Numbered from the stretch's first letter, positions 54,617 to 64,000 are shown. The stretch is 64,000 nt of DNA from Polyangiales bacterium (GCA_964202905.1 CAXNJO010000006.1:64001-128000), one strand, 5' to 3'. The notes: generated from the letters alone by a model not told the origin. Translations and numbers: made by a program.

Positions 54617-55495
54617 ATGGATCTGCGCGTCAAGAGCCGCTACCTCGTGCCCGACGACGGCCGCTTCCGCCTCCGCGACGCACCGACGACGCCGCCGCGC
54701 AGCGTCCCCGGCGCCGACGCGTTGCGCGTGGATCTCGCGGCGCACATCGCGCGGATCGCGAGCGCGCAGCGCAAGCTCTACGCCACCGACACGTGGTCGG
54801 TGCTGCTCGTGTTCCAGGCGATGGATGCCGCCGGCAAGGACGGCACGATCCGCGCGGTGATGAGCGGCGTCGACCCCTCCGGCTGTCAGGTCTACTCGTT
54901 CAAGCAGCCGTCCGAGGAGGAGCGCGACCACGACTTCCTCTGGCGCACCGCGCGCGCGCTGCCCGAGCGCGGCCGCATCGGGATCTTCAACCGCAGCTAT
55001 TACGAAGAGGTGCTCGTCGTGCGCGTGCACCCCGAGCTCCTCGGCGCGCAGCGGATCCCCGCGCGCGCCGACCGCGAGACGCTCTTCGCCGAGCGCTACG
55101 AGTCGATCCGCGACCACGAGAAGCACCTCGCGCGCAACGGCACGGCCATCGTGAAGTTCTGGCTGAACGTCTCCCGCGACGAGCAGAAGCGCCGCTTCCT
55201 CGCGCGCATCGACGACCCCGAGGCCGGCTGGAAGTTCTCCGCCGCCGACGTCGCGGAGCGCGCGCACTGGGACGCGTACATGGACGCCTACGAGCGCGCG
55301 CTGCGCGAGACCTCGCGCCCGTGGGCGCCCTGGTACGCCATCCCAGCAGATGACAAACCCTTCATGCGCGCGGAGGTCGCGCGCATCGTCTCGGCCACGC
55401 TCGAGGGGCTCTCGCTCGGCTTCCCGGAGCTCGCGTCGGCGGCCCGCACGCGGCTCGCGTCGGCCCGCCGCGCGCTCGTGCGCGAAGGCCGCTGA
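54617..55495 (+). CDS. ppk2: Polyphosphate kinase 2 family (class III-like polyP:nucleotide phosphotransferase)
   Basis: Motifs FQAMDAAGKDGTI, SFKQPS, HDFLWR, FNRSYYEEVL, WKFS and PWYAIPADDK. Confidence 0.93.
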   Translation: MDLRVKSRYLVPDDGRFRLRDAPTTPPRSVPGADALRVDLAAHIARIASAQRKLYATDTWSVLLVFQAMDAAGKDGTIRAVMSGVDPSGCQVYSFKQPSEEERDHDFLWRTARALPERGRIGIFNRSYYEEVLVVRVHPELLGAQRIPARADRETLFAERYESIRDHEKHLARNGTAIVKFWLNVSRDEQKRRFLARIDDPEAGWKFSAADVAERAHWDAYMDAYERALRETSRPWAPWYAIPADDKPFMRAEVARIVSATLEGLSLGFPELASAARTRLASARRALVREGR

Positions 55496-55573
55496 CGCGG
55501 ACTCCTCCCCGCCCGTCACCGTCCCAGGCGCGGACCCCGCGGCGCCGCGCGCGACGGCTGCTACGTTCGCCGC

Positions 55574-56038
55574 GTGAAGCTGCCGGGCGCCGTGTGGGGG
55601 ATCGTGAAGGAGGCCGCGCGGCACGTGCTGCGGCGGCCGGTCGTCGGCCTGCTCGCGGTCGCGCGGACGGATGACGGGCGCTACCTGCTCGTGCGCCGCG
55701 GCGACACGGGCGAGTGGGCCCTCCCGGGCGGCACGCTCGAGTGGGGCGAGACGCTGCGGGACGCGCTCGTGCGTGAGATCGCCGAGGAGACCGGGGCGCG
55801 CGTGCTCGCGCCGGGCGTGCTGCTCGGGGTGTGGTCCTCGCCCGCGCGTGATCTGCGCTTCCACGCGGTGACGGTCGTCGTCGCCGCGCGCGTCGAGCCC
55901 CCGACGCGCCCGCCCGTGAACGCGCTCGAGATCCTCGAGGTGCGCCTCTTCCGGGAGGACGAGCTGCCCGCGCCGCTCGCGCACGGGCAGGGTGAGCTCT
56001 TCGCCGCCGCGCGCGCGGGCGAGCTGCGCTGGGAGTAG
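55574..56038 (+). CDS. NUDIX hydrolase
   Basis: Nudix box LPGGTLEWGETLRDALVREIAEETG. Confidence 0.93.
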   Translation: MKLPGAVWGIVKEAARHVLRRPVVGLLAVARTDDGRYLLVRRGDTGEWALPGGTLEWGETLRDALVREIAEETGARVLAPGVLLGVWSSPARDLRFHAVTVVVAARVEPPTRPPVNALEILEVRLFREDELPAPLAHGQGELFAAARAGELRWE

Positions 56039-56098
56039 TGCGCCGCCGCCGTCCCATCGCCGGCGCGCGGTCGCGGCGTGCTCGGCGCGCCCGGGGCG

Positions 56099-57163
56099 TC
56101 AGCGCACGGTGACCTGTGCGCGGCAGGCCGCGGTGCCGCCGTGGCCGTCGCGCGTCACGAGCCACACGGTGACCTCGCCCGGCGTCGTGGGCGCCGTCCA
56201 CTCGTTGTCCCGCGTCGGGCGCGAGGTCGTCCCCTCGAAGAGCGCGCCGCCCGTGACGTTCCACGTGTAGAAGGCGCTCTCGGGCTTGCGCGCGAAGAAG
56301 CCCTGCGGGTCGAGAACGCCGTAGCACTCGGTCACCGGGTCGTCGTCGGTGCACGTCGGGTCGCCCGCCCACGGCTCGTCGGTCGCGTCGCCGTCGGGGT
56401 CGGCGGGCGTCGGATCGGGACGCAGCGCCACCGTCGCGCCCGCGGGCACGACGATGGGCGCGCCGCTTTCGCTCGCGCAGTCGAAGCCCTCGCTGCCCGG
56501 CGCATACGCGCTCACGACACCCTCTTCGCCGATGGCAAAGCGTGGGCGCGGCGGGTTCGTCCCGCGCTCGGCGCGCCGGCTCACGAGCACGCGCTTGAAG
56601 CCCGCGACGAGCGTCGTGTCGCCCGCGTCGCCGGGCGTGAGCGCCTCGACCTGCACGGTGATCTGGATGCCCACCTCGTCGAGCAGGCGCTCGACGAACT
56701 CGACCGGGATCGCGTCGCCGACCCGCGCGCGGAACTGCGCGACGAGCAGGTCGATCTGCGCGGCCGGCGGCGCGGCGAGCACGGCCGTCGGCCCCTCGCC
56801 GAGGTCGAGGCGCGCGCCGGGATCCGCGCAGCCGGGCGGCGCCTCCATCATCCCGTACTGCGCGCCGCTGAAGCCCGTGCCGCCGCCGCCGAGCGACTCG
56901 AGCCCGACGCACGCGCTCCAGCGGAAGCGCACCGGGCGTCCGCCCCCGCGCGGATCGGCGAAGAGCACGGAGAGCGTCGCGGCCTCGCCCGGCGCGAGCT
57001 CGGGCTTGTCGGCGATGACCGCGAGGATGCGCGGCGTCTTCACGAGGTCGCGCTTGTCGAAGCCGGGATCGGGCAGGCACGCCGCCGCGGAGGCCGCGAG
57101 CGACATGCCGAGCAGCGCGAGGACGCGGCGCGCGGGGCGCGGCTCGGTGCGGGGTGCGCGCAT
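56099..57163 (-). CDS. Lipoprotein partner of the TonB-dependent receptor
   Basis: Lipobox AAAC; N-terminal PRILAVIADKPE and C-terminal WTAP...VWLVTRDGHGG, as seen in myxobacterial receptor-linked lipoproteins. Starts 1 nt after the receptor stop. Confidence 0.8.
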   Translation of the reverse strand: MRAPRTEPRPARRVLALLGMSLAASAAACLPDPGFDKRDLVKTPRILAVIADKPELAPGEAATLSVLFADPRGGGRPVRFRWSACVGLESLGGGGTGFSGAQYGMMEAPPGCADPGARLDLGEGPTAVLAAPPAAQIDLLVAQFRARVGDAIPVEFVERLLDEVGIQITVQVEALTPGDAGDTTLVAGFKRVLVSRRAERGTNPPRPRFAIGEEGVVSAYAPGSEGFDCASESGAPIVVPAGATVALRPDPTPADPDGDATDEPWAGDPTCTDDDPVTECYGVLDPQGFFARKPESAFYTWNVTGGALFEGTTSRPTRDNEWTAPTTPGEVTVWLVTRDGHGGTAACRAQVTVR

Positions 57164-57164
57164 C

Positions 57165-59594
57165 TCAGTACACCAGCCGGAAGCCGAGGGTCGCGAGCGC
57201 GGGCAGCCCGGGCAGGCGCGCGCTCCGCTGGAAGTCGTACTGGTACAGCGTGCCCTCGGCGTTGGGCGCGTTGTACACGTTGATGCCGTCGAGGTAGACG
57301 GACGCCTCGAACGGCCCGAGCGGGAACTCGTAGTCCACGCGCAGATCGAGCTGGTGGTAGGTCGGCAGCCGCGCCGTGAGGCCGGTCAGCGTCGGCCGAT
57401 AGCGCCCCGAGTCCGCGTCGTACGTCGCGCCCGCGACCGCCTGCGTCGGGCGCCCCGTCGAGACCTGCATGCGCGCGCCGAAGCGGAAGCGCCACAGCTT
57501 GTAGCTCGCCGCGACGCTGAGGATGTGGGTCTGGTCGAAGGTGAAGAGCACGGCCTGCCCGCCCTCGACGAAGCGCTCGCTGCGCGAGAGCGTGTAGCTG
57601 AGCCAGCCGTAGAGCCCCTCGGCGACCTTGCGGCGCACGAGCAGCTCGAGCCCGTAGGCGCGGCCCTCGCCGTCGTCGACGAAGAACTGCCGCCGCGCGC
57701 CTTCGCCCTCGGGGACGAGCCCCGTCGATGGACGCGCGAGCCCGTACATGCGATTGAGATACAGTTGCGACTCGATCTCGATGGCGAGCGGGAGCTTGAG
57801 CTCGATGCCCGCCGAGGACTGCCACGCGCGGTTGGGCGCGAGGCTCGCGCTGCCGAGCGTGGGCAGCAGCTGGAAGGGCTGCGGCGTCTGCGAGAAGAGC
57901 CCGGTGGCTGCCTTGATCGTCAGCGCGGGAGACACCGTGTAGCGGGCGACGAGGCGCGGCTGCACGAGCGCGGTCGAGACCTCGCCGTAGCGGTAGTGAT
58001 CGAGCCGCAGGCCCCCCGTCACCTCGAGCGGGCCGAGGGCGACCTTCTGTTCGACGAACGCGCCGAGGCCGCTCGAGACGAGCGACGCGTCGAAGGAGAA
58101 GACCTGCGGATCGAAGTCCGGGCTGGGGATCTCGCCGAAGCCCGGCGGCAGCGGGAGCTGCGCGGAGGCGCCGATCACGTAGGCTGCGAGGTCGAGCCCC
58201 GCGTGCGTGCGCAGCGCGTCCGTCGGCTGCCAGACCATCTCTGCGCGCTCCCCGAGGAAGATGGCCGCGAGGTCGAGCGAGAGGTCTGGCGAGCCCGGCT
58301 CGCGGCGGCGCGTGCCGGAGGCGTCGCGGCCCACGGTGCCGCTCCACGTGAGGCGGAGGCGCCCGGGGAGCCGCGCCTCGACCTTCGCGATGGCGCGGGT
58401 GAAACCGTAGCCGAGGCTCGTCGTCGCGGTGCCCGCGGTCTCGCCGCTGCCGACCGCCGCGGAGGTGTCGAGCGCGTCCTCGGAGCCGAAGACGAAGAGC
58501 GACGCGCGCACGCGGCGGCTGAGCGCGTAATCGAGCCGCACCTGCCAGTCCGTGAAGGACAGCGCGACCCCATCGACGACGAGCGGCAGGATCAGCTCGT
58601 AGTAGCTGCGGCGCAGGGCGACGGCGAGCGAGCCGCGCTTCTCGTGGAAGGGCAGCACGGCGAGGGCGCTCGCGCGGAACACGTCGAGCTCCACCTCGAA
58701 GGAGAACGTGTCGCGCGCGGGCGGCGCGGTGTGCAGCGTGATGATGCCTGCGTTGAAGCGCCCGTAGCTCGCCGGGTAGCCGCCCGGGTAGAAGTCGAGC
58801 CGCTCGACGAGGCGCGACGAGATCACCGCGGGCCCCGCCGCGAGGTGGTAGAGCAGCGGCACCGGGAAGCCGTCGACGAAGAAGCCCGTGTTCTCGAACG
58901 ACGCGCCGCGCACGACGTAGAAACCGAGGCCGAACGGGGTGCGCCCGACGCCCGGCAGCGAGCCGACGACGCGCAGCGGCTCGCCGAAGGTGCCGGGCAC
59001 CGTCGTCAGCTCCTCGCCCGTCAGCACCACGCGCGACGCCGCGCCGGGCTCGCGCGGCACCACGCGGGCGCGCGCACCGTAGCGGCCGGCGGCCTCCTGC
59101 GGCTCACCGGTGTCGGGCGCCGTCGCGCCGACGTCTGCCCGCGGCGTGGCCATCGCTCCCGCGTCGGCGGCGGGGGGCGTCGTCGGCGTCTCGGGCGCGG
59201 TGCCGGTCGCAAGAGGGGGCGCCGCCGTGTCGGGGGGCGCTGCGACCTGGACCGCGAAGCGGAAGCGCACGCGCGCCGGGATCGGCGTGTCGCCGCGCCG
59301 CGCTGGCTCGAAGCGCATCGCGCGCGCGGCTTCGACGACGTGCGGATCGACGTCCGCGCGCAGCGGCTCGAGCACGACGACGTCGGCGACGCGGCCCTCG
59401 CGATCGATGTCGAGCTGGAGCGTCACCGCGCTGCCCTCGGGGAGCGGCGGGGTGGCCTCCGGGAGCGCGAGGGTGGGCGGCGTCGAGAGGCGCGGCGGGA
59501 CGAGCACAGGCGGCGTCTGCGCGCCGGCGGGCGATGCCGCGGCCCAGAGGCACGTCGTGAGCACCAGCCCAAGCGCGAGGAGCGCGGGGCGCAT
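57165..59594 (-). CDS. TonB-dependent outer-membrane receptor with a fused N-terminal TonB C-terminal domain
   Basis: Signal peptide; TonB_C segment VTLQLDIDREGRV...AARAMRFEPARRG; plug SLPGV...VRG...FYPGGYPASYGR; barrel ending in LGFRLVY. The ATG at 59594 overlaps the upstream TGA. Confidence 0.9.
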   Translation of the reverse strand: MRPALLALGLVLTTCLWAAASPAGAQTPPVLVPPRLSTPPTLALPEATPPLPEGSAVTLQLDIDREGRVADVVVLEPLRADVDPHVVEAARAMRFEPARRGDTPIPARVRFRFAVQVAAPPDTAAPPLATGTAPETPTTPPAADAGAMATPRADVGATAPDTGEPQEAAGRYGARARVVPREPGAASRVVLTGEELTTVPGTFGEPLRVVGSLPGVGRTPFGLGFYVVRGASFENTGFFVDGFPVPLLYHLAAGPAVISSRLVERLDFYPGGYPASYGRFNAGIITLHTAPPARDTFSFEVELDVFRASALAVLPFHEKRGSLAVALRRSYYELILPLVVDGVALSFTDWQVRLDYALSRRVRASLFVFGSEDALDTSAAVGSGETAGTATTSLGYGFTRAIAKVEARLPGRLRLTWSGTVGRDASGTRRREPGSPDLSLDLAAIFLGERAEMVWQPTDALRTHAGLDLAAYVIGASAQLPLPPGFGEIPSPDFDPQVFSFDASLVSSGLGAFVEQKVALGPLEVTGGLRLDHYRYGEVSTALVQPRLVARYTVSPALTIKAATGLFSQTPQPFQLLPTLGSASLAPNRAWQSSAGIELKLPLAIEIESQLYLNRMYGLARPSTGLVPEGEGARRQFFVDDGEGRAYGLELLVRRKVAEGLYGWLSYTLSRSERFVEGGQAVLFTFDQTHILSVAASYKLWRFRFGARMQVSTGRPTQAVAGATYDADSGRYRPTLTGLTARLPTYHQLDLRVDYEFPLGPFEASVYLDGINVYNAPNAEGTLYQYDFQRSARLPGLPALATLGFRLVY

Positions 59595-61006
59595 CAGGAG
59601 CGGGCGTTCTTGAGCCGCGCGATGGCGCTCGCGGGCGGGTTGATGCGCACCACGCCGCTCGCGCCGTCGACGAGGACGGGATCGTTCGCGCGCGCCCACG
59701 CGAAGAGACCCGCGACGTCCGCGACGACGGGCAGCCCCGCGGCCGCGGCGAGCCGCGCGCCGAGCGAGGCGGCCGCCGCGTCGGGCCCGGTCGGCAGCGG
59801 CGCGTCCACGACGACGGCGGCCGCGCGGTGAGCGACGGCGGCGAGCGTGAGGAAGGCGCCGAGCCGCTCCGGCACCATCACCACGGCCCCGGTGCCCGGC
59901 ACCCGCAGGCCGAGCGCGCGCGCGGCGGCGAGCAGGCAGAGGTCCTCGATCTCCGAGGCGCGCTCCATGAGCCATGCATCGGCCGGCCCCGGGGCGCCCG
60001 CCGGTCCGCCCGCACCCGCGCGGTACGGTGCGAACGCGTACTCGCGGGCCACCCGCTTGAGCCCGCGCACCACACCGTGCTCGCGGGCCGCGTCCACCGC
60101 GAGCTCCACGAGCCGCTGGTCCTCGAGCACGAGCAGCAGCCCCGGGAGCGCGCGGGCTGCCTCCGGCCCGAGCAGCGGCGCGAGGCGGCGCTCGACGCGC
60201 ACGAGGTCCTTCGCGAGCGCGGCGAACGCCTGCGCGACCCCGGCCGGCTCGCTCCGCGCGTCCGTCCCATCCGTTCGTGAACCGTCCGCGCGCCCGCCTT
60301 CCGCGCGGACTCCGCCGAGCGCCGCCGTCGCCTCGAGCGTGCTCCAGCCCGCGAGCGGCTCCGCGCGTCCGAGCGCCGTCCCCGGCGCGACGCCGGCGCC
60401 CGCGAGCCGCGCGCTCTGGCCGGCGGGAACGCGCGCGCCGCCCGAGTCCGTAGCGCGGGCCCGCGCGCGCTCGAGGGCGTGCGCCACGAAGGTCGCCATC
60501 GCCGTCGTGAGCGCGACGGTCGCGACGTCGAACGGATCGCCCGCGGGCCGCTGCAGCACCAGCACGCCCGCGCACGTCCCCCCGAGCAGCACGGGCACCG
60601 CGACGAAGCACGGGAAGCGCTCCTCGCCGAGGCCAGGCACGTGCTTGTAGTGCGTCTCGGTCTCGGCGACGGCCACCGACGCCGGCCGCAGGTTCTGCGC
60701 GACGAAGCCCGTGATCCCCTCGCCGAGCCGCAGCGTGACGCGCCCGACCGCGTCGTGGGGGAAGCCCACGTTCGCGCGCATGACGAGGACGATGTCGCCC
60801 GCGTCGTCCTCCTCGCGCAGGTACACGCTGGCGATGGGCGCCCGCATCATCCCGGCCACCTCCGCGCACAGCGTGGTGAGCACGTCGTCGAGCGGGCGGT
60901 CGCGCGAGGCCTCCTCGACGAGGCGGAGGATCCCGTCGATGGCGCGGTCCCCGCCGCGCTCGTGCACGCGCACCTGCCCGCTCTGCTCGTCGCGTCGGTC
61001 GTCCAA
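59594..61006 (-). CDS. GAF domain + PEP-utilising enzyme N-terminal/mobile domains (truncated PtsP/EI-Ntr-like; no phospho-His, no PEP-binding barrel)
   Basis: GAF segment SVYL...LRLGEGITGFVA...YKHVPGLGEERF...GVLVLQR; GVAPGTALG; WLMERASEIEDL; SLGARLAAAAGLPVV; LVDGASGVVRINP followed by the stop. Start uncertain. Confidence 0.8.
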   Translation of the reverse strand: MDDRRDEQSGQVRVHERGGDRAIDGILRLVEEASRDRPLDDVLTTLCAEVAGMMRAPIASVYLREEDDAGDIVLVMRANVGFPHDAVGRVTLRLGEGITGFVAQNLRPASVAVAETETHYKHVPGLGEERFPCFVAVPVLLGGTCAGVLVLQRPAGDPFDVATVALTTAMATFVAHALERARARATDSGGARVPAGQSARLAGAGVAPGTALGRAEPLAGWSTLEATAALGGVRAEGGRADGSRTDGTDARSEPAGVAQAFAALAKDLVRVERRLAPLLGPEAARALPGLLLVLEDQRLVELAVDAAREHGVVRGLKRVAREYAFAPYRAGAGGPAGAPGPADAWLMERASEIEDLCLLAAARALGLRVPGTGAVVMVPERLGAFLTLAAVAHRAAAVVVDAPLPTGPDAAAASLGARLAAAAGLPVVADVAGLFAWARANDPVLVDGASGVVRINPPASAIARLKNARS

Positions 61007-61163
61007 TCCTCGGGCTCCGTCAGGCTCGTGCGCGCTCGAGAGGGGCGGGCGGCGCGGACCCTAGCCGAGCCCGCGTCCCTCCGCACGTGCGCGGCCTTGC
61101 GCGCTTGACCCGTCGCGGACCCGCGTGCGACGGTCGTTCGCGGATCTACACACGGGAGCCGGG

Positions 61164-62147
61164 ATGACGAATCGACTGACCTCGCTGGTGGCGCTCGGGC
61201 TTGCAGGGGCCCTCTTCATGGGCTGTGGCGACGACGACGCGCCCGTCGACATGGGGGGCGGCACCGACGCCGGCCCGGTCGCGCCGGTCTGCCCGACGAC
61301 GGCTCCGTCCCCGGCCAACCAGATGGGCGCGTGCTGCTCGCGCGCCTCGAACGCCGGGCGCCTCGAGGCCCCGGAGCTGCGCCTCGCCGCCCTGCGTCTC
61401 ACCGCCCCCGCGGGCACGCTCACGGGCGCGGTGCTCCGCGGCGTCCTCAACAAGTCCTTCGACAGCGAGCTCTTCAACTGGCTGATCCAGGGCTCGGGCG
61501 CGCCCGTCTCCGGCGACGGCCCCGTCACCATCCGCACCGGCTACGGCGAGCGGTCCGCGGACGGCACCTTCCGCTTCACCTCGGGCGCGGCCCCGGCCGC
61601 GGGCGGCGACCCGAGCCGCTGGGACCCCGTCACCGTCGTCGGCGCGATGACCGGCGAGACCCTCTCGACCCCGGCCTACGAGGGCTCCGGCCCGCTCACC
61701 GTGCCGGTCTACGACGAGAACGACCCGACGCTCCTCGTCGTCGAGCTGCCCATCTTCGGGCTCTCGCTCCTCAACGCGACGCTCTCCGAGGACCGCAGCT
61801 GCGTCGGGAGCCGCGGCTCGGCCAACTACAACACCGCGACCGGCGGCCGCCTCCGCGCGTTCATCCGCGTCTCGGACGCCAAGACGCGCATGGTCACCGT
61901 CGGCACCGCGGTCAACGCGCCGCTCTGCGCGATCATCGCCGGCAGCCTCACGGACGCCGCGTACTGCGACAGCCCGCAGAGCGGCTGGACGGCGAAGCCC
62001 AACTCGCTGTGCGGTGCGACCGGCTGCGAGGCGAACACCGCCGGCATGACGGACGTCTGCGACCCCGGCAGCACGGCCGCGAACGGCTGCAACGCCTGGG
62101 AGCTTCTCGGCGAGTTCGCGGCGCAGGGCGTCGAGATCACGAACTGA
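61164..62147 (+). CDS. Cys-rich lipoprotein, hypothetical
   Basis: GGGAG RBS, lipobox FMGC followed by GDDD, about ten Cys and strongly biased codons. Confidence 0.85.
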   Translation: MTNRLTSLVALGLAGALFMGCGDDDAPVDMGGGTDAGPVAPVCPTTAPSPANQMGACCSRASNAGRLEAPELRLAALRLTAPAGTLTGAVLRGVLNKSFDSELFNWLIQGSGAPVSGDGPVTIRTGYGERSADGTFRFTSGAAPAAGGDPSRWDPVTVVGAMTGETLSTPAYEGSGPLTVPVYDENDPTLLVVELPIFGLSLLNATLSEDRSCVGSRGSANYNTATGGRLRAFIRVSDAKTRMVTVGTAVNAPLCAIIAGSLTDAAYCDSPQSGWTAKPNSLCGATGCEANTAGMTDVCDPGSTAANGCNAWELLGEFAAQGVEITN

Positions 62148-62175
62148 CGCCGCCCGCCGCTCCGTGGCGCACGAG

Positions 62176-62207
62176 GGGTCCGCAGCGCGCCGCTGCGGGC
62201 CCTTTTT
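62176..62207 (+). terminator. Rho-independent terminator
   Basis: 12-bp stem gggtccgcagcg / cgctgcgggccc followed by TTTTT, about 30 nt after the stop. Confidence 0.85.
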
Positions 62208-62327
62208 CATGGGACATTCGCGCGTGCCGACGCGCCGGTGTTCCCCGCGGACGCTCCGCGCTGCCCGCGTTCAGGCCCGGATGCCGCGCCGTGCGTGGCG
62301 CGGGCCGGACGCGCGCCGACGTCGCTA

Positions 62328-62357
62328 TTGATTCGCGTTCGACAAGGGCGCTAGCAT
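62328..62357 (+). promoter_or_regulatory. Putative sigma70-type promoter
   Basis: TTGATT-N18-TAGCAT, about 70 nt upstream of the ATG at 62427. Confidence 0.45.
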
Positions 62358-62426
62358 CGCCGACAACCTTACGCGTCGCGGCCGAGCCGGCCCGGCGTGC
62401 ACGCGCGTTCGCGCGGGGAGAGTTCC

Positions 62427-64000
62427 ATGGGTCGATTCCGTCAGCCTCCGAAGCACTTGCTCGTCGCCCTGCTCGTGCTCTTCCTCTTCGCCTGTGGTGG
62501 CGGCAGCTGCTCGAGCTGCGCGGGCTGCGGCGTCGCCCCGATCCCGGGCGGCTTCCCGATCGCCGAGCGCATCGACAACTCCGCGCAGGTCCGCTTGACG
62601 AACGCGGGCATCGGCTTCCTCGAGTCGAACGTCGCGACCATCGCGTCGACGCTGATCGGCATGGATCTCGAGTTCCCGATCCCGACCTCGATGACCTCGG
62701 TCGCGGTCATCGGTGATCTCACCATCTGTCCCGACGACGACTGCCGCATCCGCGGCACCATCCGCTCGCTCGACCTCGTCCCGACGGCGCCGAACCGGCT
62801 CACCGCGCGCCTCCGCCTCGACGTGAAGACGTACAGCGCCGCCGGCGAGCGCCGCGCGCTCCCGATCCGCGGCGGCTTCCTCGTCGGCACCGTCCGCGCC
62901 GACATCGACACGGCCCGCGGCAGCCGCGACTACATCGGCCTCACGGTCAACATCGACCTCGTCGCCGAGACGCGCGCGGCGCGCGCCGGCTACACGCGGA
63001 TCAACATCGCGGACGCGACGCTCACGCCCGGCGAGGACATCGAGAACGCCGACATCGAGCTGATGGGCGGCGCCTCGTGGCTGCTCAACCTCGCCAAGGG
63101 CCTCGTCGTCGATCAACTCGAAGGCCAGATCTCCGGCCTGCTGAGCTCCGCGCTCGGCGACCAGCTCTGCACCACGCGTGGCGAGTACGGCTGCCCGACG
63201 GGCACCTTCGCCCGCCCGAACGAGAACCCCGACTCGGTCTGCCGCTACGAGAACACCAACGCGGCGGAGTGCGTCCCCACGCTCCTCGGCACGGACGGGC
63301 AGGGCGACCTCGGCGCCGCGTTCCTCGGCGGCTTCTCGCCGGGCACCCACGGCAGCGGGCAGTTCCTGCTCGCCGCGGGCGGTGACGGCGAGGCCGTCAA
63401 CGAGGGCATGAGCGTCTTCTTCTACGGCGGCTTCCGCTCGACGAACGGCGACTTCTCGCGCAGCCCCGGCCACAACGCCTGCGTGCCCGCGCTGACGCCC
63501 GCGAGCCCCCGCGACGGCGGCGGCACCATCGCCGACAACTGGGGCGGCGGCGAGCGCCCCACGATCGCGCGCGTCGACACCTTCCGCGGCAACACGCCCG
63601 CGGGCCTCGCGATGTCGCCGCACGTCTCGCTCGGCCTCTCCGAGGACTACCTCAACTACGCAGCCTTCGGCGCCTTCGACGCCGGCCTCCTCTGCATCGG
63701 CGCCGGCACGCGGCTCTCGCAGCAGATCTCGACGGGCCTCTTCTCGCTGCTCATCGGCTCGCTGAAGAACCTCGCCTTCCCGGAGGAGGCGGCCGCGCTC
63801 GCCTTCTCGATCCGCCCGCAGGAGCCGCCCCGCGTCAGCCTCGGCACCGCGCCCGGCGAGCCGGTGCTCAGCCTCCTGCTGCCCAAGGTGCAGGTCGACT
63901 TCTACGTGTGGAGCCACGAGCGCTACGTCCGCATCTTCACGTACCAGGCCGACCTCAACATCGGCATCGATCTGAGCGTCGAGGGCGGCCAGATCGTCCC
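62427..64000 (+). CDS. Large lipoprotein (5' part, runs off the window); possible BPI/LBP (TULIP)-like fold
   Basis: Absent from the ORF track because it has no stop in the window. GGGGAG RBS; MGRFRQPPKHLLVALLVLFLFACGGGSCSSCAGCGVAPIPGGFPIAERIDNSAQVRLTNAGIGFLESNV...; frame appears open to base 64000. Confidence 0.85.
   Translation, partial: MGRFRQPPKHLLVALLVLFLFACGGGSCSSCAGCGVAPIPGGFPIAERIDNSAQVRLTNAGIGFLESNVATIASTLIGMDLEFPIPTSMTSVAVIGDLTICPDDDCRIRGTIRSLDLVPTAPNRLTARLRLDVKTYSAAGERRALPIRGGFLVGTVRADIDTARGSRDYIGLTVNIDLVAETRAARAGYTRINIADATLTPGEDIENADIELMGGASWLLNLAKGLVVDQLEGQISGLLSSALGDQLCTTRGEYGCPTGTFARPNENPDSVCRYENTNAAECVPTLLGTDGQGDLGAAFLGGFSPGTHGSGQFLLAAGGDGEAVNEGMSVFFYGGFRSTNGDFSRSPGHNACVPALTPASPRDGGGTIADNWGGGERPTIARVDTFRGNTPAGLAMSPHVSLGLSEDYLNYAAFGAFDAGLLCIGAGTRLSQQISTGLFSLLIGSLKNLAFPEEAAALAFSIRPQEPPRVSLGTAPGEPVLSLLLPKVQVDFYVWSHERYVRIFTYQADLNIGIDLSVEGGQIV

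Overview
Very GC-rich chromosomal window (roughly three-quarters G+C by eye), most likely from a myxobacterium (Myxococcota, Polyangiales/Sandaracinaceae-like). The evidence is a MYXO-CTERM tail, a DUF4215-like Cys repeat, MopE-type Cys/Asp repeats, a TonB-C-fused TonB-dependent receptor, a paralogous dnaK and giant TPR-like proteins. About 44 genuine CDSs are present; most other long ORFs in the track are antisense or out-of-frame shadows caused by the high GC. The housekeeping backbone is dprA-topA-trmFO-[5.3-kb envelope glycosylation insert]-xerC-hslV-hslU, then argB on the opposite strand and separated from argD-argF by two large lipoprotein genes. Next come a J-domain/TPR gene, dnaK and a partner gene that shares a domain with the J protein; a CNNM/CorC gene; a degenerate metallophosphoesterase; a MerR-TPR regulator; a hybrid histidine kinase; two giant TPR-like proteins; pdxH; a degenerate double retropepsin; a DEDDh+WYL-like nuclease; DUF1415-ppk2-NUDIX; a His-less PtsP-like GAF protein with a TonB receptor and lipoprotein; and two lipoprotein genes, the last running off the window and possibly BPI/LBP-like. 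Four genes carry five apparent frameshifts (trmFO, a methyltransferase, dnaK, and two in a giant TPR gene), most simply read as long-read or assembly indels. I saw no rRNA, tRNA, CRISPR array or transposase. All family calls come from motif recognition by eye; no database searches were run.
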